This document shows, one piece after another, positions 49,350 through 63,240 of a stretch of DNA of 64,000 nucleotides. Both the position numbers and the translations under genes were made by a program. Source of the DNA: Antedon mediterranea (taxonomy: Eukaryota; Animalia; Echinodermata). Positions within the stretch are counted from its first letter, which is position 1. Each line of letters begins with the position of its first letter. The stretch lies in contig NC_092670.1 in assembly GCF_964355755.1 (NCBI RefSeq), positions 3,834,201 through 3,898,200 of the forward strand, read 5' to 3'. The notes beneath the pieces were generated by a model. It saw only the letters and a program-made list of their open reading frames with translations, was not told the DNA's origin and did not search any database.

Positions 49350-51558
49350 CTAATTAACTTCTAGTGTCACATTAGGAGGCCTATCACATTCTTCTCTATT
49401 TTCGTCTTCAATTTGTACGTGACCAGCTCTTCCATATCCATTGGTTTCCGCGTAATTAAAAACTTGGTGCCAAATGTGGCGTTTCTCGACTTCCTGTTTT
49501 GCGATATATTCTTGACTTGTAAAAAGCATTGACAGTAATTTAGGAAACGCTCCCATTGCCAATGTTAACATAGACTTACTAAGTTCAGTAAATGTCTCAA
49601 AATCATCATTAGTTGAAACAATTTTAGAATAAGCGATTACAAAGAAAGCTGCAACAATCACGTTCCATAAAATCAATTTTGCCTTCTCAACACTCGTCTT
49701 TTTGCATTTATTGATGACGTGAAAGAGCAATGCTTCTGGAACTGTTGGAACCAATTCCGTGTATATAACGAGTGGTTTGGATATTACATGAGTATTTCTT
49801 AACGGAAGAAAGTAATGCCTTTGAACGTCTAGTTCACTACCAATCAAATTGTAATCAAGGCTGTCACGACCCGACTGCCAGGCCTCTCCTGCATTAACTA
49901 TGGTACGCCAAACTGCGGCGTAAGAGTTGTAGTATTCTTTAAAGCTACTTATGATGTACCAACAAAAGAAGAGGATTGTAATAACTCGTAAAACGACTTC
50001 GTTTTCCTCTCCGTAGTTGGTTACTATGCCTATAGTTGTTAAAACAATAATTTGCACAATTAAGTAGGCAATGGCCATTACTTGTAGTGAGAGAATTGCT
50101 ACAAAAACGGTAAATAGTAATGCACGTACGACAGACCATATAATATACAATGTAGTACACACTATAGGAAATCGTCTAGTCCTATGCGGTTGACTGTAGA
50201 ATAATTTGAAGATTGATAGTATTGGTGCTGATATAAAGTAAAAAACAGGAAATAGGCACCTTAGTAGACGAATGCAGTGACGAAACTATTGACAATAACA
50301 TACAAAAATCGAATTCCTGAACTATTCGAGGTTGTCTCGACAAATGACCTGTCCCTCCAAATCTTCCAGTTGGTCACAATTTCAAAACGATTTATTATTT
50401 GGAAATAAAGACACGTGTATCGGTTGCTGTCAAATTCAAATCCACAATCAGATCCATCGTTGAAAACAGACAAAGATCCAGGATGAATAGTAATGATCAA
50501 CAATGCAAACAACTGAATGTACGATATTGGACCAGCATAATAAAAGTAACACCAGAAATTACATAGTATGTAATCAAAGTTATTTCCCTCATACATGGCT
50601 GCCTGATATACGACTTTTGATTGCACATATGGAATTAAAAACATAAAACTGTGCATATTATCCCCACTCGAAGGCTTAACATGTATTTACGTGAGTTACC
50701 CCAGTGTAAGATGGCGTACTTTGAACCTATAGGTAACGGATAATTCAAAGCTAATCTTGGTTCGTGAGTAGCTGTTATCAAATTTAGAGATTCTTCTTGA
50801 GTGTATGTACTTCGAATAACATTATACATTTTACGATGGCTATTTTGTATTAATACTCCAATTAACAAGGGACAAAATAACATCACCAACAAACCGATTG
50901 CATTAATAGGAACGCTCCAGTAAAACATGTTCTGCTGTGGTTTGCAACCTTGTCCATCTGTAATAGTTAAACACGAGTAGCGACTATGTCCTTGCAATGC
51001 AGTGTAAATGTATTTGTAAACTGGAATAGCCGTATCGTAATCATACATAGAATACCCCGTGTTACTAAAGCAAAAAATATCGCTTTCACTACGATTACTT
51101 ACTATATTTTCCATGGCAAAAACTAAATTCTTATTGGTGAGCCAACAGTCATTCTCAAATATCAGGCCAACTAAGATTCTTTTATGTGTTATTGTTCCAA
51201 AAGACAAATAATAATAGTTCACTGGATAGGACATTATATTTTCTCCAACTTTATTAACCCAAGTAAATGGGACATTCGCATCTTGACCTTGAAGGTCATC
51301 AACTGAAAACTCTACAACAGAAATATAATCTTTTTTAACACGAGAAATCAGTTGTTCCGGAGAAATCTTTCTCCAGGAATCGAAATCTATAATAGTTGGT
51401 ATAGTCATCTCACAAAATTTCCAATTAGGACCATAAGGTTTTTCGGCGGGTTCCTTTGCCCATGAACACCTATCAATGGGAGAAGTACTGTTGGTAACAC
51501 CATAAACATTCCTATTTACAATAAATAAAATTACAAAACACATACAATATAACGCCAT
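49350..51558 (-). pseudogene. Multi-pass membrane protein paralog C, split by two 1-nt frameshifts (pseudogene or assembly error)
   Basis: ORFs 50635-51558, 50261-50656 and 49350-50162 are colinear with paralog B. Both shifts (~50640, ~50271) are repaired by adding one T to a T-run. Confidence 0.85.
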
Positions 51559-53566
51559 TTTCTTCTCGAATACTTACACTTGCAGTGTTCAGTTTATAAA
51601 TTAAAGTACAGTACAACTATATGAAAGCGGTTTTCGTTGGAGAATTGTTTACGTGTGTTTGAATCCGTCAAACGATTATGACCAATAATTTATAGTCACA
51701 TGATAGCAGGATAGTTCAATTCAATAAATTGGTCTTTCGAAAATACTGAATGCTTGTCAAACAAAACCTATATTCAGACTATGAAGTTAAATCAGTGAGG
51801 TACGACCTATCAATTACAAATATCGCAATAACAATGACAACTATACATTTAAAGGGACAACAGAAACGCATAGAAATTGGGACCGATTTCGAACTTCCTC
51901 ATTCCTTATTAGTGTCATGGGGATATGTTTAATTGTCTTTGTATTTGACAAAGGCCTATTTTTATTATTCATTTAAACATCTTTAACGATGGTGGTCTGT
52001 CCAGTTAAAACATGTAAATTGTTATGCTTATGTATATGCTTATTCTTTTTGGTCGAAATAAAATAATGTTAATTGAATTGAAAACAATCACATGCTAATT
52101 ATATAAATACAAAATAAACACTACTGTGCAAATGCTACTATTTGTTTTAGATTTTTTAAGTAACGCCAAAATAATAGCCTTTACACTGGTAAATATACAT
52201 ATTATATCAATAGTTGAATTAAATAAACATTCATAAAAATTGACAATAAAGTCAGGGGTTCCACTCCAATTTGTGCAAATTGGACATTCCTGAACTTTTT
52301 CTAACATTGTAATATAAAGTAGGATGGATAGATTATTCATGCGCATAATCGACGATTCAAGATGAATATTTAAAGACAATATTGAAGAAAGAGTATATAA
52401 CGGACATAATGAATACAAAATTTAAACTCACATTCCTCTGTCACAGTGGCTGGTATATTTGGTAGATCTGTCTGCTTCCTATATTCCAGAGAAAAGATAA
52501 GGAAATTGAACGAATGAATTATACTCTGATGATACGACAGCATACAAACCAAGCCAGCATACCACTTAGGCTTTTTTTTAAAACTAATGCTATGCATTAC
52601 TATATCTTATTACAGTATTATTATTTTAAAAGATTAATCACCTAAACTAAAATTGAATGAAATGACATACCTTCTTAATATTCATTCTCAAGCGCGGAAC
52701 CAGTCTCTAGCCGACAACAAGACAACATCCCAGAAGGACGCATAAAATGAGAAATGTAACTCTTATAATCAAATCTTAAAATCAAAGAAGTTATTGTTCA
52801 GTTTATTTGGAAATAAGTTATACACAAAAAGTGGTACTGTTAGATCTTAAATATTAACTTTCCATATTAAATATGTATAATATGATAAGTGTTTTTAAAA
52901 ATAATGTTTTCTCTCCATATCATGCTGATCAAGTTTCTAGCCCATTTAAGAACAATAAATTATTTGAAAATCTACTAATCAGTTTAAGTAAGAAAGTATA
53001 TAAAGCAGTGAAATACATACCATCATGAATGCTTTGACACGTGTCATCATAAAATCCAAACCAATCATAGATACTTGTTATGATTTATGAAGACCTCACA
53101 ATTAAAGACAATTTCACTCAAATCAGGACCGTTTTAATATAATATGTAATTTATTTATTTTAAAAAGCAAAGTTCATTAATTACAAGTAAATATGAAATG
53201 ATAAAAATATACAAATAGGGATAAATCCATGTATTCAACCGTATCCAATCAAAGTAATATATTCCATATACCAACGTCTGTGTAAAATAACTACATACCT
53301 TTTCAATTCATTATGAAGTTTGGATTATGATAATTAGGTATAATTTTTGTTTTCACAGTTTGACAAAATAACTAAATAATACGCCTAATGGCAAAACATC
53401 ATTCCCTGTAGGATTCTAAATAATTCTAATTAACACAAGTGTAGAAATGTGGGCCCTATACAACACGTAAAAGTTCATACAAAGTTTACGATAATATGAT
53501 TTGGGCACGGAAACCTATAAACAAACCAATGATCTGTTTCCCTAATCTTGTTGTAATTATGAATAT

Positions 53567-56500
53567 TCAAACTAGTGTAGGCTCTGTTACAGTAGTTGAG
53601 TAGTATAGACAGTCAGCAAATATAGATTGTTCTTCTGGGTTCCAGTTCACGGAGACACTTGTAATTTGGGGTTCATCTTTACCAACGCTAGTAACAGCTG
53701 CTAGATTTTCTTGCAATCTAGAATTGATGGTCATGTAGAAATGGCTGTTTTCGCTATTTACTGTTGCATATCCAAATGTCACACAAGAAGTTAATGCAAT
53801 AATGTCATTTCTTACATTTTGCCTACTGTATAAGGATTAAGAATACAGTTTTCCTGCATAAAGCACACAGTACATTCACCAAAAGGAAACAAGAAAGCAA
53901 GATAAGAAATTTATGGTGCAGACTACTCCTATTTAAAAAGATAATTTTGAAAGAATACTAAACATTAAAAACTTTTCAGTAAATAATTATCTTACTATAA
54001 AATGTAGGAAAAAAATTTGAAACAATTTACCTTCAAATTATAGAAAAAACGCCTAGTATAAAATCTCCTACATAAAAAGTATTACAAATTATTGTTTGCT
54101 TGTGTTGGTATTTGAGCTCCACGTCAATCATCAAATTAAAGTTTTTAAACAGTAATAAATATACATAAAAGGTAATAATCATTAATAAATAAAACAAATA
54201 TAGCCTACACTCTTGAAAGCCAACCTAAAAACAAAACTCAACCAAAAAAACACAACCCATTTCAGAATATATAAAGGGTTAAATGGCTACAAATTATATG
54301 CAAAACGAAAACTATATCATAATAACACGAACCTTCGGGTAACTGGAACTAATAACAAAAGAAGGATGCACGGGATGATAGAAACAATAATGAGCGTCCA
54401 GTTGATCAAAAAATTGTCACTTTCTAAATCACTATTTATTTATTTATTTATTGCCACCATTACCTTAAAAAACATAATATACACATATACATATCTAGCA
54501 ATGTAAAAATAAATCCAATACAGTACAGTATTAAAATTCTTGCTAACTTGATTAAAAACAAATTTGGGAACCTAAATTTAAAACACTAGAAATAATCTGT
54601 AACAAATTATATGTTACAGTTACTAGAAAACATACACATACAATTAATGTTTAAAGTAATAGTTTAAATTTTTTTACCTTGGCTGCAAACAATGCCAGTG
54701 TAGCCTAATGGACAAATACATTCAAAGGTGTTGCGTCCATCATTGCAAACTCCTCCATTCAAACATGGTTGGCTAGTACATTCATTTACATCTGAAAAAA
54801 ATGAAAAACATTCAATTTGTTATGTTATTATCTCTAAATGAAAAATGTAATCCACTCCCCTTATAGTAGGAATTATAACATACACACAAAGTAAATTGAT
54901 GGAAACATCACATATGCCTTGGGAAGTTTACTAACTATAACTAACACAACAACTCTACTAAAACTTGGTAATCCTATATTTTAGACAGTACACCATACCA
55001 GTAAAATTATGTTGGCACTGAAGCCTGCTATCAGTTTTAATTCAATAATACAGTACCTCTATCACAGTTGTATCCTTCCCATCCTGGTAGACAGTCACAT
55101 GTGTAATTGTTGGCTAAATCATTACACTGACCACCATTTCTACAAGGGCTACTACTGCACTCGTTGATGTCCAGCCCACAGTTGTATCCTTCCCATCCTG
55201 GTAGACAGTCACATGTGTAATTGTTGGCTAAATCATTACACTGACCACCATTTCTACAAGGGCTACTACTGCACTCGTTGATGTCCAGCCCACAGTTGTA
55301 TCCTTCCCATCCTGGAGGGCAATTGCATGTGAAACGGTTAATTTGATTGAAACAGGTTGCTCCATTTTGGCAGGGGGCGCTTTCACACTCGTCAATATCA
55401 ATTCCGCATAAATTGCCTGTGAAACCTAACTCGCAGATGCATGTGAACTTTTGTCGTCCGTCTATGCATGTTGAACCATTTTGGCATGGGTTGCTATCAC
55501 ATTCATTCACGTCTACATTTAAAATTTAATATTTTCTTGTTGAACTTTGTATTAAAATGGTTAAAGCTACTTATTATTTATGGTCTTGAATATTAACATA
55601 CATAAAAAAAATTACAAAACAGATCCTGTTTCCCAGTTCAATAATGATGAAGCCTATTGCTGTTATATTTCACCACCAAACATCTTTCCACCCCACCAGA
55701 CAATGTTTTGCATAATCTTTCATTGGAATGTTTGTTCAAATTAACTATAAAAAAATAAAGAGGTGAAAGTTTATTTTATTATGTTTAAATTTACGTGTAA
55801 ATCAAAATGGTACAAAGGTAAAGGTTTCTTTACTCTTTTTCGGCCACAACAACTGTGTAAAAACAGCAACAGACAGAATAGACCAAAAAATGACAAAACC
55901 ATAGGCAACATGCACTGTTACTTATACAAAGAAAGGGTATCTTTAATGCTCTTTTTTTCTATTATGGTCTAGAAATCACGATCCATTAAACACAATAGCA
56001 GACTGAAACAGAAAAGAGTAGGCAAAACAAAAGGGAACATGCACTGTTTATCAAAAAGTTTCATATTTGCTATGAATTATGATTCCAAGCAGTTTTCTAA
56101 CTTACCAACTTGACAAAAAACACCACTCCAGCCTGCTGCACATGTGCAAAAATAGCTGTCTAGCAAGATCTTTACAGAAGGCGCCATTCTGACATGGACT
56201 GCTGGCACACTCATCCACATCTGCAAATTAAGTCACATTATCATTAGTTAATTTTATATTTACATTAAATAAAAAACAAATTCCAAATACTTAATCTTAA
56301 CTGACATACAAGTGATTAAAAACCCAGCTTCCAGAACACACAAAAACAAAAGGAGGACTAATCAGTACTTAACCATAACGATGAATGCTTTATCATAATT
56401 CTACTGAGTAAATAGTAGGCTATATTTCAGAAATCAAATAACTTTTTTTTAAATAAATTTTATTTCCATTCTAAAATGAGGATTGGATAGGATTTGAATA

Positions 56501-59500
56501 CACAGCGTCAGGATTGTGTCAGAATTTTCAATATACCAAAATGTACCCTTTAACCTTGTATGTGAACATAGGTCAGTATCAAATCAGCATACTTACTTAT
56601 TTCACAGATGGTTCCTATATATCCTGGTGCACACGTACATGTAATTCCACTGATCAGATTATTACACACACCACCATTTAAACAATGACATTCATTTAAA
56701 TCTAATAATAGAAAATAAAGTAAAATTGATTATAACACACCTAAATGTATTACAGTCAACTCTCCCAATACCGGACTCTCTGAAAACCAGAAACTCTCCC
56801 AATACCAGACTTTTTTTGAGGACCAAAAGGTCCCAAATTTATATTTACCATTAAAAACACATTCCGAATACCAGACTTTCCGGAAAACCAGACTTATTTG
56901 GCCGGCCCAAAGGTGTCCGGTATTGGGAGAGTTGACTGTATTTGTCATTTGTTTGGATAATTGTGGGCCATATGGCATTTTATTAACACACTTGAATTCC
57001 TAACAACTCTTTTTTAATGAAAAAATAAATTCATCTTTCACCTCATGAAATTATTCGTACCATCGCACTCATAAACATTCATTATTTACCTCCGCCAAGG
57101 ATGTATATGTAATCGATCGGGTGTGTTTGTTTGTTTGTTACTTGGCCAAATTGAAAATTGGCCAAGTATGTTGATCTGTTCGGTTTGTGTGTTTGTCTGT
57201 TTTTTTTTTGTTTGTCATCACTCTGGCGCTTACAATTTTGATTCCAATAACTCCAAATTACTACGATACATGTCGGCTGGTGCAAGGACGACACTGCCCA
57301 ATTTTGGTGAAAATCCTGACCATGGTCCCAATTCTGGACCACTTTTTAGAATTATTTTCAGACCTGCTAGTGTTAAGAGATAGGACAGAAATTTCACAAG
57401 CCGGTGAGCAGTCTTAAAGTAATAACAAGTAAACTAAAATTGCATTTTCTCGAGAACTATTTTTGTACAAGAGGCAAGAGTTATAATTTTTGATTTGTAA
57501 TTTTAAAACTTAATTAGATTTATTTTACAAAGTTTTTGATGCAAGTAGTTTAAAAAACCTATTTCTTTTCAAATTCACCCGTGTGTTTTTCGCGTTGTTG
57601 TTCTATTGTTCGGTTTGGGTGTTTGTTTGTCATCACTCTAGCGCTCACAATTTTGATTCGAATGACTCCAAATTACTACAATACAATAAGGTCAAAACAC
57701 ATAATTCGCAAAAAATGTTAGTCAGTTGTGTATGACTCGGTGGTCTGTGCTGGTGTCTACAGCATTGAAGTTACCGAGATCGAGTCCCGTCCTGCAGAAA
57801 ACGAAACGAAATCAGATTTTTTTTTATTATCCGTATTGTTTGTTCAAGTTTATTTCTTAGTATACAAATTATACGCCTGATTTATAATGAAATCTAGAAA
57901 AATTATGTCTCTAATTTTATGTAACAAGGGAGGTTTATGACATATACGGATCTTTGATCGGGTTAAAATCGGTCAAGATCAAGTGTGTTTAGGAGGCCAA
58001 TTTTGATTTGGCCAAGTATCGCGCTATGCGCTAAGGCTAGTTTGTTTGTTTTTTAGCAGGATTACTCAAAAATTTAATTACAAGATCTTTGTAAAATGAA
58101 TATACAGATAGATATGTGGTCAAGGACCATTCCATTAAATTTTGGGACCATTTGAGACCATGGTCCCAATTCTGGACCACTTTTTAGTATACTATTCAGA
58201 CCTGCTAGTGTTTCAAAAGCCTTACTCTTAAAGTAACAAGTAAACTGAAATTACATTTTCTCGAGAAATACTTGTCCAAAAAACTTCATTTTTGTACAAG
58301 AGGCAAGAGTTATAATTTGTGATTTGTAATTTTAAAACATAATTTGATTTAATATGCACCTTTTTTTCTTTTCAAATTCACTTGTTTGATTTTCGCGTTG
58401 CTGTTCTATTGTTAGTAAACTGAAGCTATTGTTAATTGAAAGGCTTGTTACATAACCATTACACCAAACTCGCATACACATGCTTGTATGTAGTGAAATT
58501 AAATCACAAACAGCATTAAGACACACACAAATATAATATATATATATTTTTTCCCGGAGAAATCTTATGTAGGAGAATTTTACAGTAGGCGGAGGTATGA
58601 ATTCTCGGACTGGCTTTCTAGTTTGTATACTGTACTAACACACACACAACTATTTAAAAATTGCATACATTGTATAAATGCTACCAACAAAAATGCATAT
58701 GGCTGTAAGCAACATGTTAAACTTTCCTAGTATTTTTACAAACTCTCACTCACCTGTTTCACAGTCATTGCCAGTGTATCCAGGTGCACAAACACAGGTG
58801 TATGAACGCAAACCGTCAATGCAAGTACCGCCATTAGCACAGGGCGAATTGAAGCAATCATTACCATCTGGATAAAAACAACAAAATTCAACCCTTGCTT
58901 ATAAATACAAATTTAGTGCAGAAAAAAAATGCAATATATATATAAAACAACTTTCAATTCAATTTCAAAAGGTACATACTGTAAGTCACAAAAACATAGT
59001 TAACCATAAAGAAAAGCCTTTGGAAAATAACTATACCTGCACTGTATGTAAAACTCCATCCAGAAAGAGCAATTGTTGGATCCGAACTGAATTGCAGCCA
59101 AAGTTGATCTGTATTATAAGTATATGTAAGCACAGAAGGAGACCCCATTAACTGCGTGACCGTTGATCCGTCCGATTGCGTCGGTCCAATACCAATCGAT
59201 AAAATATCTTTTAAATCTTCTGTCTGAAAGCTTATAAACTGTAACTCAATTGTTGTGGCACCATGTGCCCGTATAAGGTAGAAGCATGTTTCTCTCACAT
59301 TATAATTGCTTGGATAATTTGAGCTGGTAATGCTTCCTGTCAGAGAGTAGTGGTTTGTACCACAAATTACACCTGCTAAATTGAGAAGAAACAAATTCAC
59401 TTTAACCTTTAAAAAATTAAGAATAATATCAAATCTGCAAGTTACATTACTTTTTCGTGATATGCTCTACCATCCATACTAAAATTATACTTTCCATAAG

Positions 59501-60245
59501 TTGGCATAATTTATTTTATTCAGGTATAAAAATATATAAAAGGCAGGACAAATCTGAAAATATTGCATAACAAAAAATTCAAACAAGCAAGAAACATTCA
59601 GACATATAATATTACAACCCACAATTAGTGAATTTATTCACAAAACGACTAGGAGGAAATATGTGTATAGGACAAACATATACACAACAACACTGACGCA
59701 AATTAATAGTTAGTATACTTATAATATTAAATATATGCTATGCTATGCAATATATTAAAATAGCACTGACAGTATCATTGGTGTTATTGCAAATTACTAT
59801 TGAAATACTACCTTTTTGTATTTCACAATTTGTACCTTCCCAGTAAGTGGCACATTGGCAGGTGTACCATCCATAGTCCTCATCTACACAAGTTGCCCCA
59901 TTCATACAGGGATTGCTAAAACACTCTGAAACATAAACAATCAATAATTAAGTAATTTTAAGGATATGACTGTGTTAACAAACAAACCACCAATCATAAA
60001 TGGTGTTAATGTTCATGAATTTGGCAGCGGAGGGGAAATCCACCACAATTGTTTATACAGTACGGTATAGAGTTACTTGAAGTAACTTGATAGTATGAAG
60101 AAAAATATCAATAACTTGAACAAGAATTTGAAAAGTACCGGTATGTGTTATCTTTTATTAGTTTTTACTTACCATTTGTGCTCAAACAAGGACAAAACTT
60201 CCAAAGAAAAAGCAAAATAAATACAAAATCTTTTCCAAAAATCAT
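53567..60245 (-). CDS. Fibropellin-like EGF-CUB-EGFn type-I membrane protein
   Basis: Exons: 60245-60173 signal peptide ([22 protein letters not shown]), 59925-59812 EGF, 59372-59037 CUB, 58867-58754 EGF, 56701-56597 EGF, 56220-56106 EGF (115 nt, +1 shift), 55512-55057 four cbEGF, 54791-54678 EGF, 54423-54333 TM ([21 protein letters not shown]). Terminal exon ~53826-53567 is tentative. Confidence 0.82.
55057..55512 (-). CDS. Exon with four calcium-binding EGF repeats
   Basis: D[IV][ND]EC.S.PC.NG..C.D....Y.C.C.PG.EG..C x4; the last two are a near-exact 114-bp tandem duplication. Confidence 0.95.
56753..56938. mobile_element. pogo/Tigger-type MITE
   Basis: 24-bp TIR CAGTCAACTCTCCCAATACCGGAC with TA TSD. 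Confidence 0.88.
57084..58624 (+). mobile_element. HINE/Pearl-like non-autonomous element with internal repeats
   Basis: 5' ttACCTCCGCC, (GTTT)n, internal duplicated blocks (57315-57610 vs 58155-58410), 3' GGCGGAGGT...ctagtt. Confidence 0.7.
59037..59372 (-). CDS. CUB domain exon
   Basis: CG...[12 protein letters not shown]....C.YLI...[11 protein letters not shown]...D.L.I...LWLQFSSD....GWSFTYSA. Confidence 0.93.
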
Positions 60246-61386
60246 GACAACTACTTCCTTCTATGTCTTACATGAAAATAATGGTTTACTGAATTACTAT
60301 AAATAAATATAATCTCTGGTTCATTGAACCATACTGCTTTACACATTTAAACAATTATTCTTTATACAAATGTGAGAGTAATTGTAAGGGTAGTCAAAAT
60401 AATTGCCATCAATCATAAAATGACATCTAAACAAAAAATGCCAAAACTAAAAATAAAAAAGAAAGATTTTCTAAAGTGAGGAGAAAGGGCTGCAATAATT
60501 GGCTAAGGTCTCTTGAGCCTTAACTTATAATCATAATTATAAAAATATTATATATGCCAAAACAGATTTAATATTTTGTATATAAAAAAAACTGATATAG
60601 CCAGACACTACAGGATTATACCAAAGAATATATATCACAAGAATGAGTAATCCGCGATTTTCCCTGTAACAGTAATATTGTCCATGTGGTAGGGCGCCGC
60701 CATAAGTGTGGATGTATCTGGGATGTATACAACTTTTGGTGAAGGTTTCACTAATCAAAGGCTGGACCACCGGAGTATTTTCCGATGATAAAAATGTTAT
60801 CAACTACATGCCAACATCATGTTAAATACTATTTGAATATTTAATTGTTCATTTTATGCAATTTATTTAGTAAAAACTGCCGTATAAACAGTTTGATTTA
60901 TCAACCGGGCGCTACGATAGCGTGACCGGGCGTGTTGGTGTTTACGCGTTTTCACGAAGGATAGTTTAATAATATTCCTATATTTAACTTGTTTCTGGTA
61001 AAACAAATAAATGTTAATGACATTTAACATTTTCTCCTATTAATAACATGTGTTTTATACTAATTTATATCATAAAAACAATACTTAATTTACCGGGCGT
61101 ACAGTAGTACACGGCAATGGTAAAGAATAGGCCGTGCTGAGTAATATTCGTTGATTTTTGGTGTTGCTGTGTTAGGCCTTTTTTGTGAACTAACTTAGAA
61201 TGTTAGTAAATAATTGTCTGTAAAAGTGAATAAACACTAGTTTGTTAATAAATATGTATTATAAAATAGTTTACAATTGCAAAAACTATCATCATAATTC
61301 TATTTAATGTGACATGTATCATGTCTATTAAATCAAGTCTTATTTAGTATGTATACATCCGCCCTTATGAGGGCGGGCATCACTCA

Positions 61387-62238
61387 GGCCCCGTTTCTGC
61401 TGCCAAAAATATACCGTATATATACGGTATATTTTATATACGGTATATTTTTTGGCAGCAGAAACGGGTCTCATAAAATATATACCGTATATATATGCGG
61501 TATATATACCGCATAAATATCCCCATCGTTTGTGGATATTAATATTATACGGTATATTCCAAAATATACCGTATATTTCGTACCCCGTTTCTGCTGCACT
61601 CAAAATATACCGTATATGTGACCCGAGGTCAAAAATAACAGAGCGTGACGCGTTTGTTTGGTTTTTCTGCTGCATTGACACACACGTGTATCAGCAAGCA
61701 ACAGATCAAAATGTCACTGTGGACTGAAGAAATAACTATTTTTGCAATTCAATTGTGGGGAGAAGCGAAGGTTGGGGGAAGACTGCATGGCAACAAAAGA
61801 GATACCGAGATTGACAAAAGTATCTCACACAAAATAAAAGCAGAATTTGTGGTAGACTTAAAGCCAAAGTCATCGGCAAACGCCGTCGTCTTCTTTGCAT
61901 AAATCTAGTCAATGTCCATTCTACATTTCTAGATTGTGTGTGCGGTGTAAATTCATTGCCACTTCTGCTCATTAGATTTAAAATAGAAAGCAATGCTACA
62001 ACGACGTTTTGAGAAACAATCATTGTTTTGTTTTTGTCGGGTATAAACCTCACTACACGAGACTCTAGGTCAATCCATACTTCCGTCTCACGAAATGCAT
62101 TTTGGGTAATGAAAGCCAACTTTTTTACAGCCCACCCACAAAGTATGTGCAGCGGAAACGGTGCACGAATTTCATATACGGTATATTTATACGGTATATT
62201 TATACGGTATATTTGGGATTGGCAGCAGAAACAGGCCC
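61387..62238. mobile_element. PIF/Harbinger non-autonomous element with a Myb/SANT-like remnant
   Basis: TIR GG(C/G)CC(C/T)GTTTCTGCTGCCAA, 3-bp TSD TCA, subterminal ATATACCGTATAT repeats, and a + strand fragment MSLWTEEITIFAIQLWGE...ISHKI. Confidence 0.8.
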
Positions 62239-62494
62239 TCACTGGAGCTCTCTGTTACAAATTGGGTAGTAACATTACAAAGTGCGAGGCAGCGAGGCAC
62301 GCAAGGCAGGGAAGGCATGCGAGGCAAGTCAGAAATTTATGCGAGGCATCGTTTTACCATCATCAAAAAATGCGAGGCATCATTTTATCATTTCTCAAAA
62401 TTGCAAGGCAGGAAATCACCGAAATTGAAGTAGCCTAGGCCTAGGCCCGCTATGCTAGTTTCCTTTTGCACCTGCCTTGTAATTTAACCAAGGC

Positions 62495-63240
62495 TTTATC
62501 CTGAATACCACAGCTTAGAATTAGTAGGCCTACTTTAATGAAGAAAAATCACATAAAAGTAACAATAAATCCATTAAATTGGTGATTTTACAGACGTTGT
62601 TTTTCTCGCATTTCGCACACTCAATGTTCAATATTTTGGTTTCTATGGAACGCCAAAAGAGCAAAATTAATTAGAGGGCTAAAAACTCTGTGGAATCCAT
62701 TTATATTTAACGCATTATTTGGTGAAAATCTAGTACAATTTCAATAGATTTTGTCACTGTCAGTAAGGAAAAATGTTACTGTTGATAATGTACACGGTTT
62801 CGTTAACCTTTTAAAGAATAAAATAGAAAAAATCATCATAATATCCTTAGTAGGATGTCCTAGGTCTAGACTAGGTAGTGATGTTGATTTAGGATCGATT
62901 ATTATTCTTTGAAAACAGAACAGTATCAGCAGTAACATATTACAACATTTTTATTGACAAATTAACAAATATATTGAAATAAAACGTGTTTTTCACCAAT
63001 AAATGCATGAGAAATTGACGCATTCCACTGAGTTTTAGTCCTCTATTATCGTTGCTCTTTTGGCGCTCCATAGAAACAAAAATATTGAACATTGAATAAG
63101 TGAAATTCGCGAACAGTGTGCGAGAAACACGCCTGTAAAATCATTAATTTAAGGATTTATTTGTTACTTTTTATGTGATTCTTTCATTAAAGTACTCATG
63201 AGGTATACTTCTAAGGTGTGGTATTCACACGATAAAGTTA
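62495..63240. mobile_element. Diverged MITE with ~230-bp inverted arms
   Basis: 62495-62730 is an imperfect reverse complement of 62990-63240. Confidence 0.65.

Noticed and set aside
61340-62438. Several 85-168 aa ORFs as host genes
   Set aside because: They lie within the Harbinger element and its ATATACCGT repeats; only a short Myb/SANT-like remnant is meaningful.
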